DNA of 64,000 nucleotides. Source: Candidatus Atabeyarchaeum deiterrae (GTDB lineage: Archaea > Asgardarchaeota > Atabeyarchaeia > Atabeyarchaeales > Atabeyarchaeaceae). The DNA lies in the NCBI GenBank assembly GCA_037310415.1, contig CP147780.1, positions 1,184,001 to 1,248,000 of the forward strand, read 5' to 3'. The notes under the pieces are model-generated. The model was not told where the DNA came from and did no database searches. It saw only the letters and a list, made by a program, of their open reading frames with translations. Below are positions 49,832-59,106 of the stretch, piece after piece; position 1 is the stretch's first letter; every line of letters begins with the position of its first letter. The position numbers were made by a program, and so were the translations under genes.

Positions 49832-52800
49832 ATGAGTCGAAAATGTGGTTGCTCAAAAGATGAGGGCGGTCAATCATGCAGTTGCAGTTCTGCGACGCCT
49901 TCGAAGAAAGTAATGAGAAACGTGACAAAGCCCCTTTCTGGTATCCCGCTCGGAGGGATCGGCACGGGTTCCGTTGAGTTGAGAGCGGACGGTCGCTTCC
50001 ATGAATGGCAGATCTTCAACAACCCTCCTTGGAGCGGAGGTTCCCTTCTCGTAGACTGGAAAGGTGAGGAGTTCTTGGAATCAGACGATTTCTACTTTGC
50101 CATCCGTGTCAAAGCACCGGACAGCGAGCCGAAAGTAAGGCTTCTTGCGTCAAGAGAGAAGAATGAGGTGAATAGGCTCTATGCCATCCCGTTTCTCAGG
50201 AACGTTGACGATATTGAGTACGTCGGGGAATTTCCATTCGTTAAGATCAACTATCAAACTGATCTCCCTCTTGATCTTCGACTCAATGCCTTCTCACCGT
50301 TCATTCCCACTGACATCAAGAACTCGTCACTGCCAGCAGCTATACTTACATTCACGCTTAAGAATACCTCAAAGCAAAAACTGGAGATATCCATGCTTGG
50401 GGGAGTGGTGAATCCTGTCGGTAGAGACGTTCGTAAGAGCGAAGCTACCAACAGTCTAACCGAAGTCGATGGTTCTATTACAGTTGAAATGAGCGCGAAG
50501 AATATCCCACAGGACCATTGCCAGTATCAAGGGTCGCTCGCACTAACCTGTTTGACCATAGACCAGCAAAGAGTATCTTATCGTGCATCTCAACCCGTCG
50601 TGGTCGAGCTTGAAGGATCGGGTCAAAGCGGAGAAGATTACTGGCGAATATTCCAGACCGAAGGTGAACTGGACAACAAGGAAAAAATCCAACCACCATT
50701 CGCAGCAACCGCAATCCTAGGCCTACCTGACATGTTTCAAACCATGAGTAAGATTGGAAGCGCTTACGTCGCGTTTCCGAAAGACGTTCAACGGATAATA
50801 GAGTCATCTTTGGTTGTTAATGTTCCTGAGTTCGAGGAAGCAATCGCATCAGATCTCGTTCTGCAAGCTGACCCAAAGAAAAGGTGGCTTTTCATACTTG
50901 AGCAGAGACTGAAGCAGAACCCGCAGGCTGAGAAGCAGTATGAGGAGATTGTGTCTCAGAAACCCGAAGTGGCCAAGGATCTCCGGGAGAAACAGAGGGT
51001 CTTGGAGAGAATACTTCCTGCGCCCAAGATGCCGATCTCTGCTCCTAAACCAAAGGGACCACATGGATTATTGTGCAGCAAACTCACTTTGCCTCCGAAT
51101 GCCGAAGCGAAAGTCACATTCATTCTGACATGGTTCTTCCCTAACCACACGAGTCCAGATGGATCCGAGAGAATGGGGCACATGTACGAAAACTGGTTCT
51201 CAAGCGCCCTGCAAGTGTCTGAGTACGTCGTGAGGAATCTCGAACAGCTGAACAAGCGAAGTAAGGCTTTTCACGATGCCCTCTACGAGTCCAGCTTCAA
51301 CTATTGGCTGGTCGACGCGGTCAACGCTCAACTCACAACCTTCGTTAAAAGTTCCTTCTATGTGAAGAACGGACGATTCGGAATATGGGAAGGAATAGGA
51401 TGCTGTGGGCTTCAAACCTTGGACGTGACGTACTATGGCTCATATCCTATCCTGTTGTTCTTCCCTGAGCTTCAAAAGTCGCAGATGAAGCTGACTGCAG
51501 AATTTCAGTTAACTCCAGAGTCAAGGAGGTACCACGAGTATTTCGTAGCTTTCCCAAAGAACAAGAAGCTCTTCCAAGAATATGCTAAGCTGGATCCATC
51601 ACTATTAACGAACAAAGAGAAGAGAATCAAAGTCTACCGTGACATAGTCGCCGAGACTGGTCAAGATGCAACAGGCCGCATTCCACATATGTTTCCTGGA
51701 ACCTTCAATGCCGTGGATGCGTATCACATGATTGACCTGATGCCAAAATTCGCTCTGCTTGTTTTGCGGGACTACATGTGGACGGGAGACAAAAACAGCC
51801 TTGAGGAGATGTGGCCACATGTCAAAGCAGCGATGGACCACAACTTGTCCTTGGACGAACATGGTGTCTTTCTACCATATCACTATGACCGCTCATTGAC
51901 AGACACCTATATAGCGTCACAGACCTATGACATCTGGGACTTCCTAGGATATTCTGCATATGTAAGTTCAATATGGCTTGCCGCTCTCCAAGCCACGAAG
52001 GAAATCGCCCGAATTATGGGGGACGAGATCTATGCAGCAAGAATGGATGAAGTATACGAGAAAGCCCAGAGCAATATGGAGAAGCTTCTCTGGAACGGAG
52101 AGTACTACAACTTGTGGAATGACCCCCCGTCTGGAAAGATGAACTACTACTGTATGGCAGATCAATTAAACGGACAGTGGTTCGCCAACTTCCTGAAGTT
52201 GGGCGACATCTTAGATAAGAACCATATCAAATCAGCATTAGAGGCGATATTCAAGTATAACTACGACCCTGAGGTGGGGCTTCTCAACGGAGCCTTGCCG
52301 GAAAAGTTCAAAGGAAAAGGCGCTGACACATCTGGAGGTTACGGAGGGTTTGTCAATCCGTCTCTGCAGAGAGACAACCCCTGGACAGGAACAGAGTATG
52401 CAGTAGCCTCCCTGCTCATCCAAGAAGGATTCATTGATGAGGGATTGACGGTTGTTAAGAATGTTTATGACAGATATCAGCAGGCTGGGCTCACTTGGAA
52501 CCACATAGAATGCGGCGGGCACTATTACCGCGCGATGGATATCTGGGCGGTACTGACGGACCTTGCAGGATTCGATTACAGCGCGCCTCAAGGATCACTA
52601 AGCTTCGAGCCAAAAGTGAACCGAGAAAATTTCAAGTCAGTCTTCGTCGTTCCCACCGGATGGGGAATAATCACTCAGAACCAGGGAGAAGAGGCGCCGA
52701 GGCAAGTCGATACAATAGGAGTTCGCGAGGGAGCGCTCACAGTTGCGAAACTAAAGTTTAGCACATCAGTCGAGAAACCACAAGTCAAAGTCCAGAAAGG

Positions 52801-52924
52801 ATCAAACACGATCTCTCTAAAAGAAACCAAATTCGAAGAGGGATCTCTACTCATAGAGTTCAAAGAACAAATAAATGTCAAAGCTGGAGAGACACTCCGA
52901 GTCGAAATCACATCGAGTCAGTAA
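49832..52924 (+). CDS. GH116-family beta-glycosidase (GBA2-like) with helical insertions
   Basis: GIPLGGIGTG, FSPFIP.D..NSSLP, FGIWEG (nucleophile), TLDVTYYGS, QTYDIW (acid/base), LWNGEYY, DQLNGQW, WTGTEY, ECGGHYYRAM. Confidence 0.88.
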   Translation: MSRKCGCSKDEGGQSCSCSSATPSKKVMRNVTKPLSGIPLGGIGTGSVELRADGRFHEWQIFNNPPWSGGSLLVDWKGEEFLESDDFYFAIRVKAPDSEPKVRLLASREKNEVNRLYAIPFLRNVDDIEYVGEFPFVKINYQTDLPLDLRLNAFSPFIPTDIKNSSLPAAILTFTLKNTSKQKLEISMLGGVVNPVGRDVRKSEATNSLTEVDGSITVEMSAKNIPQDHCQYQGSLALTCLTIDQQRVSYRASQPVVVELEGSGQSGEDYWRIFQTEGELDNKEKIQPPFAATAILGLPDMFQTMSKIGSAYVAFPKDVQRIIESSLVVNVPEFEEAIASDLVLQADPKKRWLFILEQRLKQNPQAEKQYEEIVSQKPEVAKDLREKQRVLERILPAPKMPISAPKPKGPHGLLCSKLTLPPNAEAKVTFILTWFFPNHTSPDGSERMGHMYENWFSSALQVSEYVVRNLEQLNKRSKAFHDALYESSFNYWLVDAVNAQLTTFVKSSFYVKNGRFGIWEGIGCCGLQTLDVTYYGSYPILLFFPELQKSQMKLTAEFQLTPESRRYHEYFVAFPKNKKLFQEYAKLDPSLLTNKEKRIKVYRDIVAETGQDATGRIPHMFPGTFNAVDAYHMIDLMPKFALLVLRDYMWTGDKNSLEEMWPHVKAAMDHNLSLDEHGVFLPYHYDRSLTDTYIASQTYDIWDFLGYSAYVSSIWLAALQATKEIARIMGDEIYAARMDEVYEKAQSNMEKLLWNGEYYNLWNDPPSGKMNYYCMADQLNGQWFANFLKLGDILDKNHIKSALEAIFKYNYDPEVGLLNGALPEKFKGKGADTSGGYGGFVNPSLQRDNPWTGTEYAVASLLIQEGFIDEGLTVVKNVYDRYQQAGLTWNHIECGGHYYRAMDIWAVLTDLAGFDYSAPQGSLSFEPKVNRENFKSVFVVPTGWGIITQNQGEEAPRQVDTIGVREGALTVAKLKFSTSVEKPQVKVQKGSNTISLKETKFEEGSLLIEFKEQINVKAGETLRVEITSSQ

Positions 52925-52942
52925 AGGAGGGTTGCGTGGTAA

Positions 52943-53845
52943 ATGGAATCGAATGTCAAGTTCAATGATTACTGCTACCAGATTGACATAAAGCAATGGG
53001 GCCTACCGCAAGTAGGAACCGCATATGTAGCCAAAAGTGAGAAGACTGCTCTCGTAGATGCTGGAACGGGTCACACAGTCAGAGACATTCTGAAGGCCTT
53101 AGCTAATTTCAAGATTGATCCAGCCAAGATAGACTATATGATTATAACACACGAACACTACGACCACGCAGCAGGAGCGGCGCTGCTTCTGGAGAAAATG
53201 CCGAAAGCGAAGGTATACGCGTCCGAAGCAACAGCAAAGGTGCTCGGGGCGCCACAGGAAATACAAGAGAAAACCAAGCAATACTATGGAGAAGCAAAGG
53301 CTCTAGTAAGTCCGTACCCACCAGTTAAAGAAGTCAACATAGTGAAAGAAGGATACAAATTCGACGTAGGTAATGGGGTGACTCTTGAGGTGAAAGACTT
53401 CAAGGGACACACGCCTGGTAGCATTGGGCTCTTCGAAGCAAAAACGAAAACACTTTTCGCAGGAGACGCTGTATGCGTCTACAATGAGGAGTTTGATTTC
53501 TACCTGCCGCCGTCGTACCCAGACCTATTTGACTATCAAGCCTACTTGAATTCACTTAAGAAGATATCAGCGGTCGATTTCAACCATCTTTGCATAGGGC
53601 ACTTCGGAACACTGAAACCGCCAAAAGCGAAACAGGTCATCAAGAAAGCAGGGGAAATAGTGCAAGACTGGAAGGAAATAATCAGCAAGACATACCGAGA
53701 AACGAAAGACGAAAACAAGGTGTATGAAGCGATAATGTCCAAGTACGGTCAAAACAAATACATTTCAAGATTCCCAGAAATGATCCGAAGATCCACGTTA
53801 GGTCAAATGATTAAAGGATACATGCTGTCACTGAAACTCCAGTAA
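52943..53845 (+). CDS. MBL-fold metallo-hydrolase
   Basis: VDAG, THEHYDHAAG, GHTPG, FAGDA, GHFG. GGAGG RBS. Confidence 0.88.
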   Translation: MESNVKFNDYCYQIDIKQWGLPQVGTAYVAKSEKTALVDAGTGHTVRDILKALANFKIDPAKIDYMIITHEHYDHAAGAALLLEKMPKAKVYASEATAKVLGAPQEIQEKTKQYYGEAKALVSPYPPVKEVNIVKEGYKFDVGNGVTLEVKDFKGHTPGSIGLFEAKTKTLFAGDAVCVYNEEFDFYLPPSYPDLFDYQAYLNSLKKISAVDFNHLCIGHFGTLKPPKAKQVIKKAGEIVQDWKEIISKTYRETKDENKVYEAIMSKYGQNKYISRFPEMIRRSTLGQMIKGYMLSLKLQ

Positions 53846-53964
53846 GTACATGCCAGTTTGCCAGTTCTCAACGAGCAAGCTCTACTTTGCAGAGTATGTT
53901 TCCGCCTCAAGTGTTTTGTATTTCCACCTTCTCTTGTCCTTCCAATTGTTGGGTGATTGTTCGT

Positions 53965-54333
53965 ATGGAAACCGATTCGCTATATTGTAGCAACTGCGGA
54001 GCCAGACTTCAACCTGGCTCCAGATTCTGTAGTCAATGTGGACAATCCGTTGCATCTGGCGAAGCCAAAGGGCAGCCAGGTACTCCGTTGGATCGGTCTG
54101 CTTGGCGTCTTAGGAGGAGACAGTGGATTCTAAGGCTTATTGAGAAGTTTCGTGAGAAAGGTGCCGTCAGCCCAGATAAGGCTTTGGCCGCCCCTCAGCT
54201 TGGTCTCGGTCCGAGATTCGAACTGGCAATGCACAGGCGCCTTGGCAAAGAAGGCATTTTCGTGGAAATGAATGGCAGATATTACTTATCTGAGGAGAAG
54301 CTGAAAGGATTTAGAGACCGAATGGCAACCTGA
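53965..54333 (+). CDS. Zinc-ribbon protein with C-terminal putative winged-helix-like domain
   Basis: YCSNCGARLQPGSRFCSQCG. GGTGA RBS before ATG 53965. Confidence 0.7.
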   Translation: METDSLYCSNCGARLQPGSRFCSQCGQSVASGEAKGQPGTPLDRSAWRLRRRQWILRLIEKFREKGAVSPDKALAAPQLGLGPRFELAMHRRLGKEGIFVEMNGRYYLSEEKLKGFRDRMAT

Positions 54334-54459
54334 CGGGATTAATGATTAGGCAGCAAAATTTTCCTCATGAAACGAACCTGAAGATGCCGTCTGCTTCACG
54401 GTCAAACGAATTGAATACAGCAAGACATAAGTATGAAGCGACCTAAAACTAATTGTTGT

Positions 54460-54535
54460 AGCCCCGTGGTCTAGCGGCCAATGATGGCGGGCTCTGGACC
54501 CGTTGACGGGAGTTCGAATCTCCCCGGGGCTACCA
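54460..54535 (+). tRNA. tRNA-Gln(CTG), intronless, CCA encoded
   Basis: Acceptor AGCCCCG/CGGGGCT, anticodon arm GCGGG-CT-CTG-GA-CCCGT, T arm GGGAG-TTCGAAT-CTCCC, ending ACCA. Confidence 0.95.
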
Positions 54536-54593
54536 CTTACTTAACGATACTAGGCGAGGTTCTTCCCCAAATCGGCTCTTCTGGAGGAGAGGG

Positions 54594-55061
54594 TTGTTGG
54601 GCAAGCTTCACGAAGAAGATGAGCTTCCACACGGGCATCTGCTTCAAGTCTCCTGTTTTATGCTGTTCTTGACTGTCTGGTTTCTAGACTCATTTATCTT
54701 CTATTACTCAACGTTCTTAGCTGAATATCTCCCTTGGCTAGTTCGCCTAGCGCTTGCTTTGGGCGTCTTTGTTATCGGGCTTGCAGTATTGGATTTGGCT
54801 CACAGACACCTGCACAGTATGAAGTCAGGGAAACTCATGACCACAGGCATCTATGGGCATGTAAGGCATCCGCTATATCTGGGGATCTTGCTTCTCTATC
54901 TCCCTTTCACCTTATGGAGTTTTTCATTATTGAGCCTCGTACCGTGGCTGATTGCAGCAGTCGCCTACAACAGGATGGCTGACTATGAGGAGCAATTGCT
55001 AAAAAGAAGGTTCGGAAGAGGGTATCTTGATTATGAGAAGAAGGTTCGAAAATGGATCTGA
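54594..55061 (+). CDS. Isoprenylcysteine carboxyl methyltransferase / PEMT-family membrane protein
   Basis: LMTTGIYGHVRHPLYLG, EEQLL..FG..Y..Y..KV. Confidence 0.85.
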   Translation: MLGKLHEEDELPHGHLLQVSCFMLFLTVWFLDSFIFYYSTFLAEYLPWLVRLALALGVFVIGLAVLDLAHRHLHSMKSGKLMTTGIYGHVRHPLYLGILLLYLPFTLWSFSLLSLVPWLIAAVAYNRMADYEEQLLKRRFGRGYLDYEKKVRKWI

Positions 55062-55096
55062 GAATAGATGAATCCCTAAATCGAACGTCTCCGAAC

Positions 55097-55576
55097 TCAT
55101 GGTTGGAGGATTTTTTCTCCCAGTTTCCTTCCAAATTCTACGCACTTATCAATTTCATCTTCATCAATCGGTCCTTTCATTCCTTTCACCCTGATCGATA
55201 AACTGAGAGACATCAATTTCAGCTTACCGACCACTCTTGTTAGCTTTTCCTCTATTTTCTTTGCGGTCTTCTGGAAGTCCTTGCCAATGTAAGTATCAAA
55301 AGCTGCGGTGACTTTGTTCTTCAAGTCGAGTTCACTAAGTTTGTCGATGAATTTCCTGATCGGTCTTGAAGGTCCACCCATATGGTTGGGGGAGCCTATT
55401 ACTATCAGATCGTATTTGGGCATGTTGTTTATTTCAACGTCCTGAACTTTCTCGAGTTCCACTTGTATTCCTCTGACGGTCCTCAGGCCTTCTGAGATTT
55501 TCTCTGCTACGATCTTTGTGTTGCCATATTTCGAGTCGTAGACTATGATTCCCTTCATCAATTTCGTTTTCACCAA
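55097..55576 (-). CDS. Flavodoxin-domain protein
   Basis: IVYDSKYGNT, IGSP, AAFDT. Confidence 0.85.
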   Translation of the reverse strand: MVKTKLMKGIIVYDSKYGNTKIVAEKISEGLRTVRGIQVELEKVQDVEINNMPKYDLIVIGSPNHMGGPSRPIRKFIDKLSELDLKNKVTAAFDTYIGKDFQKTAKKIEEKLTRVVGKLKLMSLSLSIRVKGMKGPIDEDEIDKCVEFGRKLGEKILQP

Positions 55577-55803
55577 CGTTTGGGCTTGGCGATCTTCTCT
55601 TGGACGGATGGTCTAGATTGTCGGTTAACTTGCTCATTAACTCGCTGGTTGCGTCTAACTGTCGATTATTGTCGTGCACCTGGAGACTAGGTGACTGTCT
55701 CTGCTACCTTTGTCTGAATTGATCTGTGATAGAATGTTAATCTGACTTGCAGCAAGACATGTACCAGAATAGCATTAAGAAAAAAAGGGGATGAGATAGT
55801 CTC

Positions 55804-56016
55804 CTAATCCTCAATGAGATATGTGCGATCCATCCACCATAAGGCACCGCCGAAGAAGAGCGCGGAGCCAATGGCTAGAACGATCCCTGCGCCGCCAGCG
55901 TTGCCTAGCACGAACAGTAGCACAATTCCGACTATCAAAAGCAATGCTCCGAATAGTAGGAAAATGAGCCTAATCAGCTTTTCAAAGCCTGCAGTCTTTT
56001 CGTCAATCTTTACCAT
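55804..56016 (-). CDS. Small two-TM membrane protein
   Basis: 70 aa, two hydrophobic helices, AGGTGA RBS, oligo-T downstream. Confidence 0.6.
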   Translation of the reverse strand: MVKIDEKTAGFEKLIRLIFLLFGALLLIVGIVLLFVLGNAGGAGIVLAIGSALFFGGALWWMDRTYLIED

Positions 56017-56335
56017 TGCTTTTCACCTTGCAGAGAATAATCGCTTAGGAAAGTTATAAGCATTACTAACTGTAATGACTAGTCGAAGTCTCGGTAAAGC
56101 GCCATTTTTCGCAAGTGGATCGATGAATTTCTTTAACAATACCATTTCAAGGCATTGATTGATGCGATACTTGAAGGTGAAGGCAAACTCGATCATAGAG
56201 AGTCACGGTTCTGATTGTGGATACTATAAGGAGCTTTGTCTTCGATAGTATGTTCAAGCGAACTTTCTTGGGTCGCCATCGTTCTCCGTTGTTGCTCTGT
56301 TGGAGTCGCCGACCATATTTGGCATGGTGCCGTGG

Positions 56336-58480
56336 TCAACTCAAGTCTCCTTTCAGAATAACTCTGGCATCCACTGTTATTGCCCCATCCGGATAACAAA
56401 TGACTGGATTGAGGTCCATCTCCTTGATCGCTGGGTTCTGTTGAACAAGCATCGATACTTTTTTCAAGATGGAGACTAGGGCCTCCTTGTCTATTGGTTT
56501 GAGGTTACGGTAGCCTTCCAGAAGTTGGTGAGTTCTGATCTCATTCATCATCGCCTCAGGATCTTTCTGGCTTATTGGAACTAACCTCAGAGAGAAATCC
56601 TTCAGTAGTTCTGTGAGTATCCCACCGAGTCCAAACATTATCACGGGTCCAAACTGCGGGTCATCTTTCACTCCTACGATTACCTCTATTCCTTGAGGAA
56701 CCATTTTCTGAACGGAAACCCCCGAGACAGATGCGCCGGCTTTGTAGTTCTTTGCATTCCGGATTATTTCGTCGAATGCGTCAATGACTTCGCTCTTGTT
56801 TCGGAGGTTCAGTTTTACCCCTCCAGCATCTGACTTGTGTACTATATCCCGAGATACTATTTTCAAGACGACCGGGTATCCGATTTTCTCTGCGACTCTG
56901 ACCACTTCGTCTTTATTCCTAGCTAGTTCCATTGTTGTTGTAGGTATCTGGTATGAAGAGAGCATCTGTTTTGACTCTATCTCTGTTAGGTCAGTTCTGC
57001 TCTCGTTGAGTGCATTCTCAATTATCTTCTTGCAGGCACAATTGTCTACTTTCAGGTCGACTGGTTTCTCAGTGAGTTTGCTTCGTTCGAGAAATCCTCC
57101 ATATCTGACAAGACCCGAAAGCGCTCTGATTGCTCTTTCAGGGGTAGAATAGAGAGTGACCCCAAACATTTTCTGCAGAATAGGTCTGATCAGCTTATCA
57201 TCTTCATCCATAGAGCCGACGCGAGGAACGGTGACTCCTTCCATCATAACTGATGAGTCAACTTGGTCAAGCATCGGTCCAAAGTTGCCCAAGATCTCAT
57301 CTATTCCTGAAATGCCTGACCCCGTAAATCCGAAGAACCAAGAGTCAACATTGGGATCCGCGAAGACTTGTTTGAGCACATCAACATTCGTGAATAAGCC
57401 AATCGATCCAGATGCGGTGAAATCTATTGGATTCTTGTAAGATGCGAATTCTGGCAGGATCTCCTTTAGCCTCTGCTTGTTCTCATCACTTATTGGAGGA
57501 ACCTGCAGACCGAGTTCGACAGCTTTGTCAACGGCAGCAGCACCAAGTCCTCCGCTGCCCACAAGCATGCCAACTCTGTTTCCCTTTGGCAAGGGCTGAG
57601 CCGAATATGCCTTCACATAATCGAAGAGTTCTTCAACATCATACGCTCTAACTATTCCAGCTTGCCTGAATGCGGCATCAAACACTTCATCTTCTCCAGC
57701 CATTGCCCCTGTGTGAGACTTCGCAGCAGCGCCGCCTGCTTTCGTCCTTCCTATCTTAATTGCAAAAATGGGCTTCCTTTTCGTTGTCTTCCTAGCTATA
57801 TCGTAGAATTGTCTACCATTTTCGATTCCTTCCATATACATCATGATGACCTTTGTATGTGGATCGGCATACAGATATTCCAAGTACTCATTGTCCTTGA
57901 CATCGGTCTTGTCTCCAACACTTATGAATTTGCTAAAGTTTATGCCCCGCGCCATTCCTGTTCCAAATATGTCGAGACCATAGCCTCCACTCTGTGTTAT
58001 GAAACCTACTTCGCCTTCCTTTTCAGCAGAAAGAATAGTAATGTTGAGACCAGTTGCACCATTGTAGATGCCCATGCAGTTTGGTCCAACTAATCTGATG
58101 TTTCCTCTCCTAGCTATCTTGAGTATTTCTTGCTCTCTCTGCACTCCTTCTTCACCGATCTCTCTGAATCCCGCCGAGAATACTATTGCACCCTTGACGC
58201 CTTTCTCGACACATTCTTCCATGACCTTTGGAACGACGTTAGCTGGGACTATCACTGCTACTAGATCTATTTCTGCTGGAATGTCGAGCATGCTGGAATA
58301 AACCTTGGTGCCATGGAATTCCCTTGTTTTCGGGTTTACTAAGTAGATTTCTCCTTTGTATTTGCTTCTCAGAGCGGTGAGTGTCACCCAATTCCCGAAT
58401 TTTAGCGGGTCATCTGATGCGCCTATTATGGCGACTGACCTCGGCTTGAAAATCGGATCAAGTTGTTCAACAATATCCAT
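56336..58480 (-). CDS. Acyl-CoA synthetase (ADP-forming), fused alpha-beta
   Basis: Alpha motifs GPNCMG and KSHTGAMAG, plus ATP-grasp beta motifs GYPVVLK, HKSDAGGV, DPQFGP, EMDLNP. Confidence 0.92.
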   Translation of the reverse strand: MDIVEQLDPIFKPRSVAIIGASDDPLKFGNWVTLTALRSKYKGEIYLVNPKTREFHGTKVYSSMLDIPAEIDLVAVIVPANVVPKVMEECVEKGVKGAIVFSAGFREIGEEGVQREQEILKIARRGNIRLVGPNCMGIYNGATGLNITILSAEKEGEVGFITQSGGYGLDIFGTGMARGINFSKFISVGDKTDVKDNEYLEYLYADPHTKVIMMYMEGIENGRQFYDIARKTTKRKPIFAIKIGRTKAGGAAAKSHTGAMAGEDEVFDAAFRQAGIVRAYDVEELFDYVKAYSAQPLPKGNRVGMLVGSGGLGAAAVDKAVELGLQVPPISDENKQRLKEILPEFASYKNPIDFTASGSIGLFTNVDVLKQVFADPNVDSWFFGFTGSGISGIDEILGNFGPMLDQVDSSVMMEGVTVPRVGSMDEDDKLIRPILQKMFGVTLYSTPERAIRALSGLVRYGGFLERSKLTEKPVDLKVDNCACKKIIENALNESRTDLTEIESKQMLSSYQIPTTTMELARNKDEVVRVAEKIGYPVVLKIVSRDIVHKSDAGGVKLNLRNKSEVIDAFDEIIRNAKNYKAGASVSGVSVQKMVPQGIEVIVGVKDDPQFGPVIMFGLGGILTELLKDFSLRLVPISQKDPEAMMNEIRTHQLLEGYRNLKPIDKEALVSILKKVSMLVQQNPAIKEMDLNPVICYPDGAITVDARVILKGDLS

Positions 58481-58497
58481 GCTTCGAGGCCTTCCGT

Positions 58498-59106
58498 CTA
58501 AGCTTGCTTAACTGTTTTCTTTCCCAAATCAAAAGCCTTTAGATTCAGGTCGACCGCTTTCGGGAGCCTTTCCTTGATTGCATTCTTCAATTGCTCCTCC
58601 TTAACAGGGATTACTCCAGCGCCGAACGCTGCACCCACCATCACAATGTTAGATGAGAGAACATCGCCGGCATCTTTGGCTATTTGACTTGCATCAAGCA
58701 GGTACAGTTTCGAAGGAATTTTCTTTGCGAAGTCATATATCCTGTCTTGCGCTGGGTAGTTACCATCCGGTGGCATCACGGGATGACTGTTTGTTACAAT
58801 CACTCCATTCGGCTTTAGGAAAATTGTCGCGTACCTTAGTGATTCGAGCGGTTCAAGCCCTATGACAATGTCTGCACTGGCTTCAGGAATAAGTGGTCCA
58901 AACATCTTCTTCCTGCCAAGTCGGAGGTGGCTAGCAACGGATCCTCCTCTTTGACTCATGCCAAATGTTTCACCGATTGTTACATGGTAACCTGCTTCAA
59001 TGGCCGCATCAGCTACTATTCTAGAGGCAAGGATGTTTCCCTGCCCACCCACGCCAGCTATGATAATGTCAAAGTTTTCCTTCTCGTTCTCTTTTTTTTC
59101 CTTCAT
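58498..59106 (-). CDS. iorB: Indolepyruvate:ferredoxin oxidoreductase beta subunit
   Basis: AGVGGQG, ETFGMSQRGGSV, LEPLE, NIVMVG. ATG at 59106 overlaps the iorA stop and follows GGAGTGA. Confidence 0.9.
   Translation of the reverse strand: MKEKKENEKENFDIIIAGVGGQGNILASRIVADAAIEAGYHVTIGETFGMSQRGGSVASHLRLGRKKMFGPLIPEASADIVIGLEPLESLRYATIFLKPNGVIVTNSHPVMPPDGNYPAQDRIYDFAKKIPSKLYLLDASQIAKDAGDVLSSNIVMVGAAFGAGVIPVKEEQLKNAIKERLPKAVDLNLKAFDLGKKTVKQA

Noticed and set aside
54494-54496. Possible suppressor or pyrrolysine tRNA, given the corrinoid methyltransferase genes
   Set aside because: The anticodon is CTG (Gln), not CTA, and no in-frame amber read-through candidate was seen.
54481-54672. 63-aa ORF
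   Set aside because: It lies over tRNA-Gln and the start of the ICMT gene, so it is spurious.
54460-56016. tRNA-Gln as the integration site of an island
   Set aside because: No integrase and no duplicated tRNA 3' end were seen in the window.
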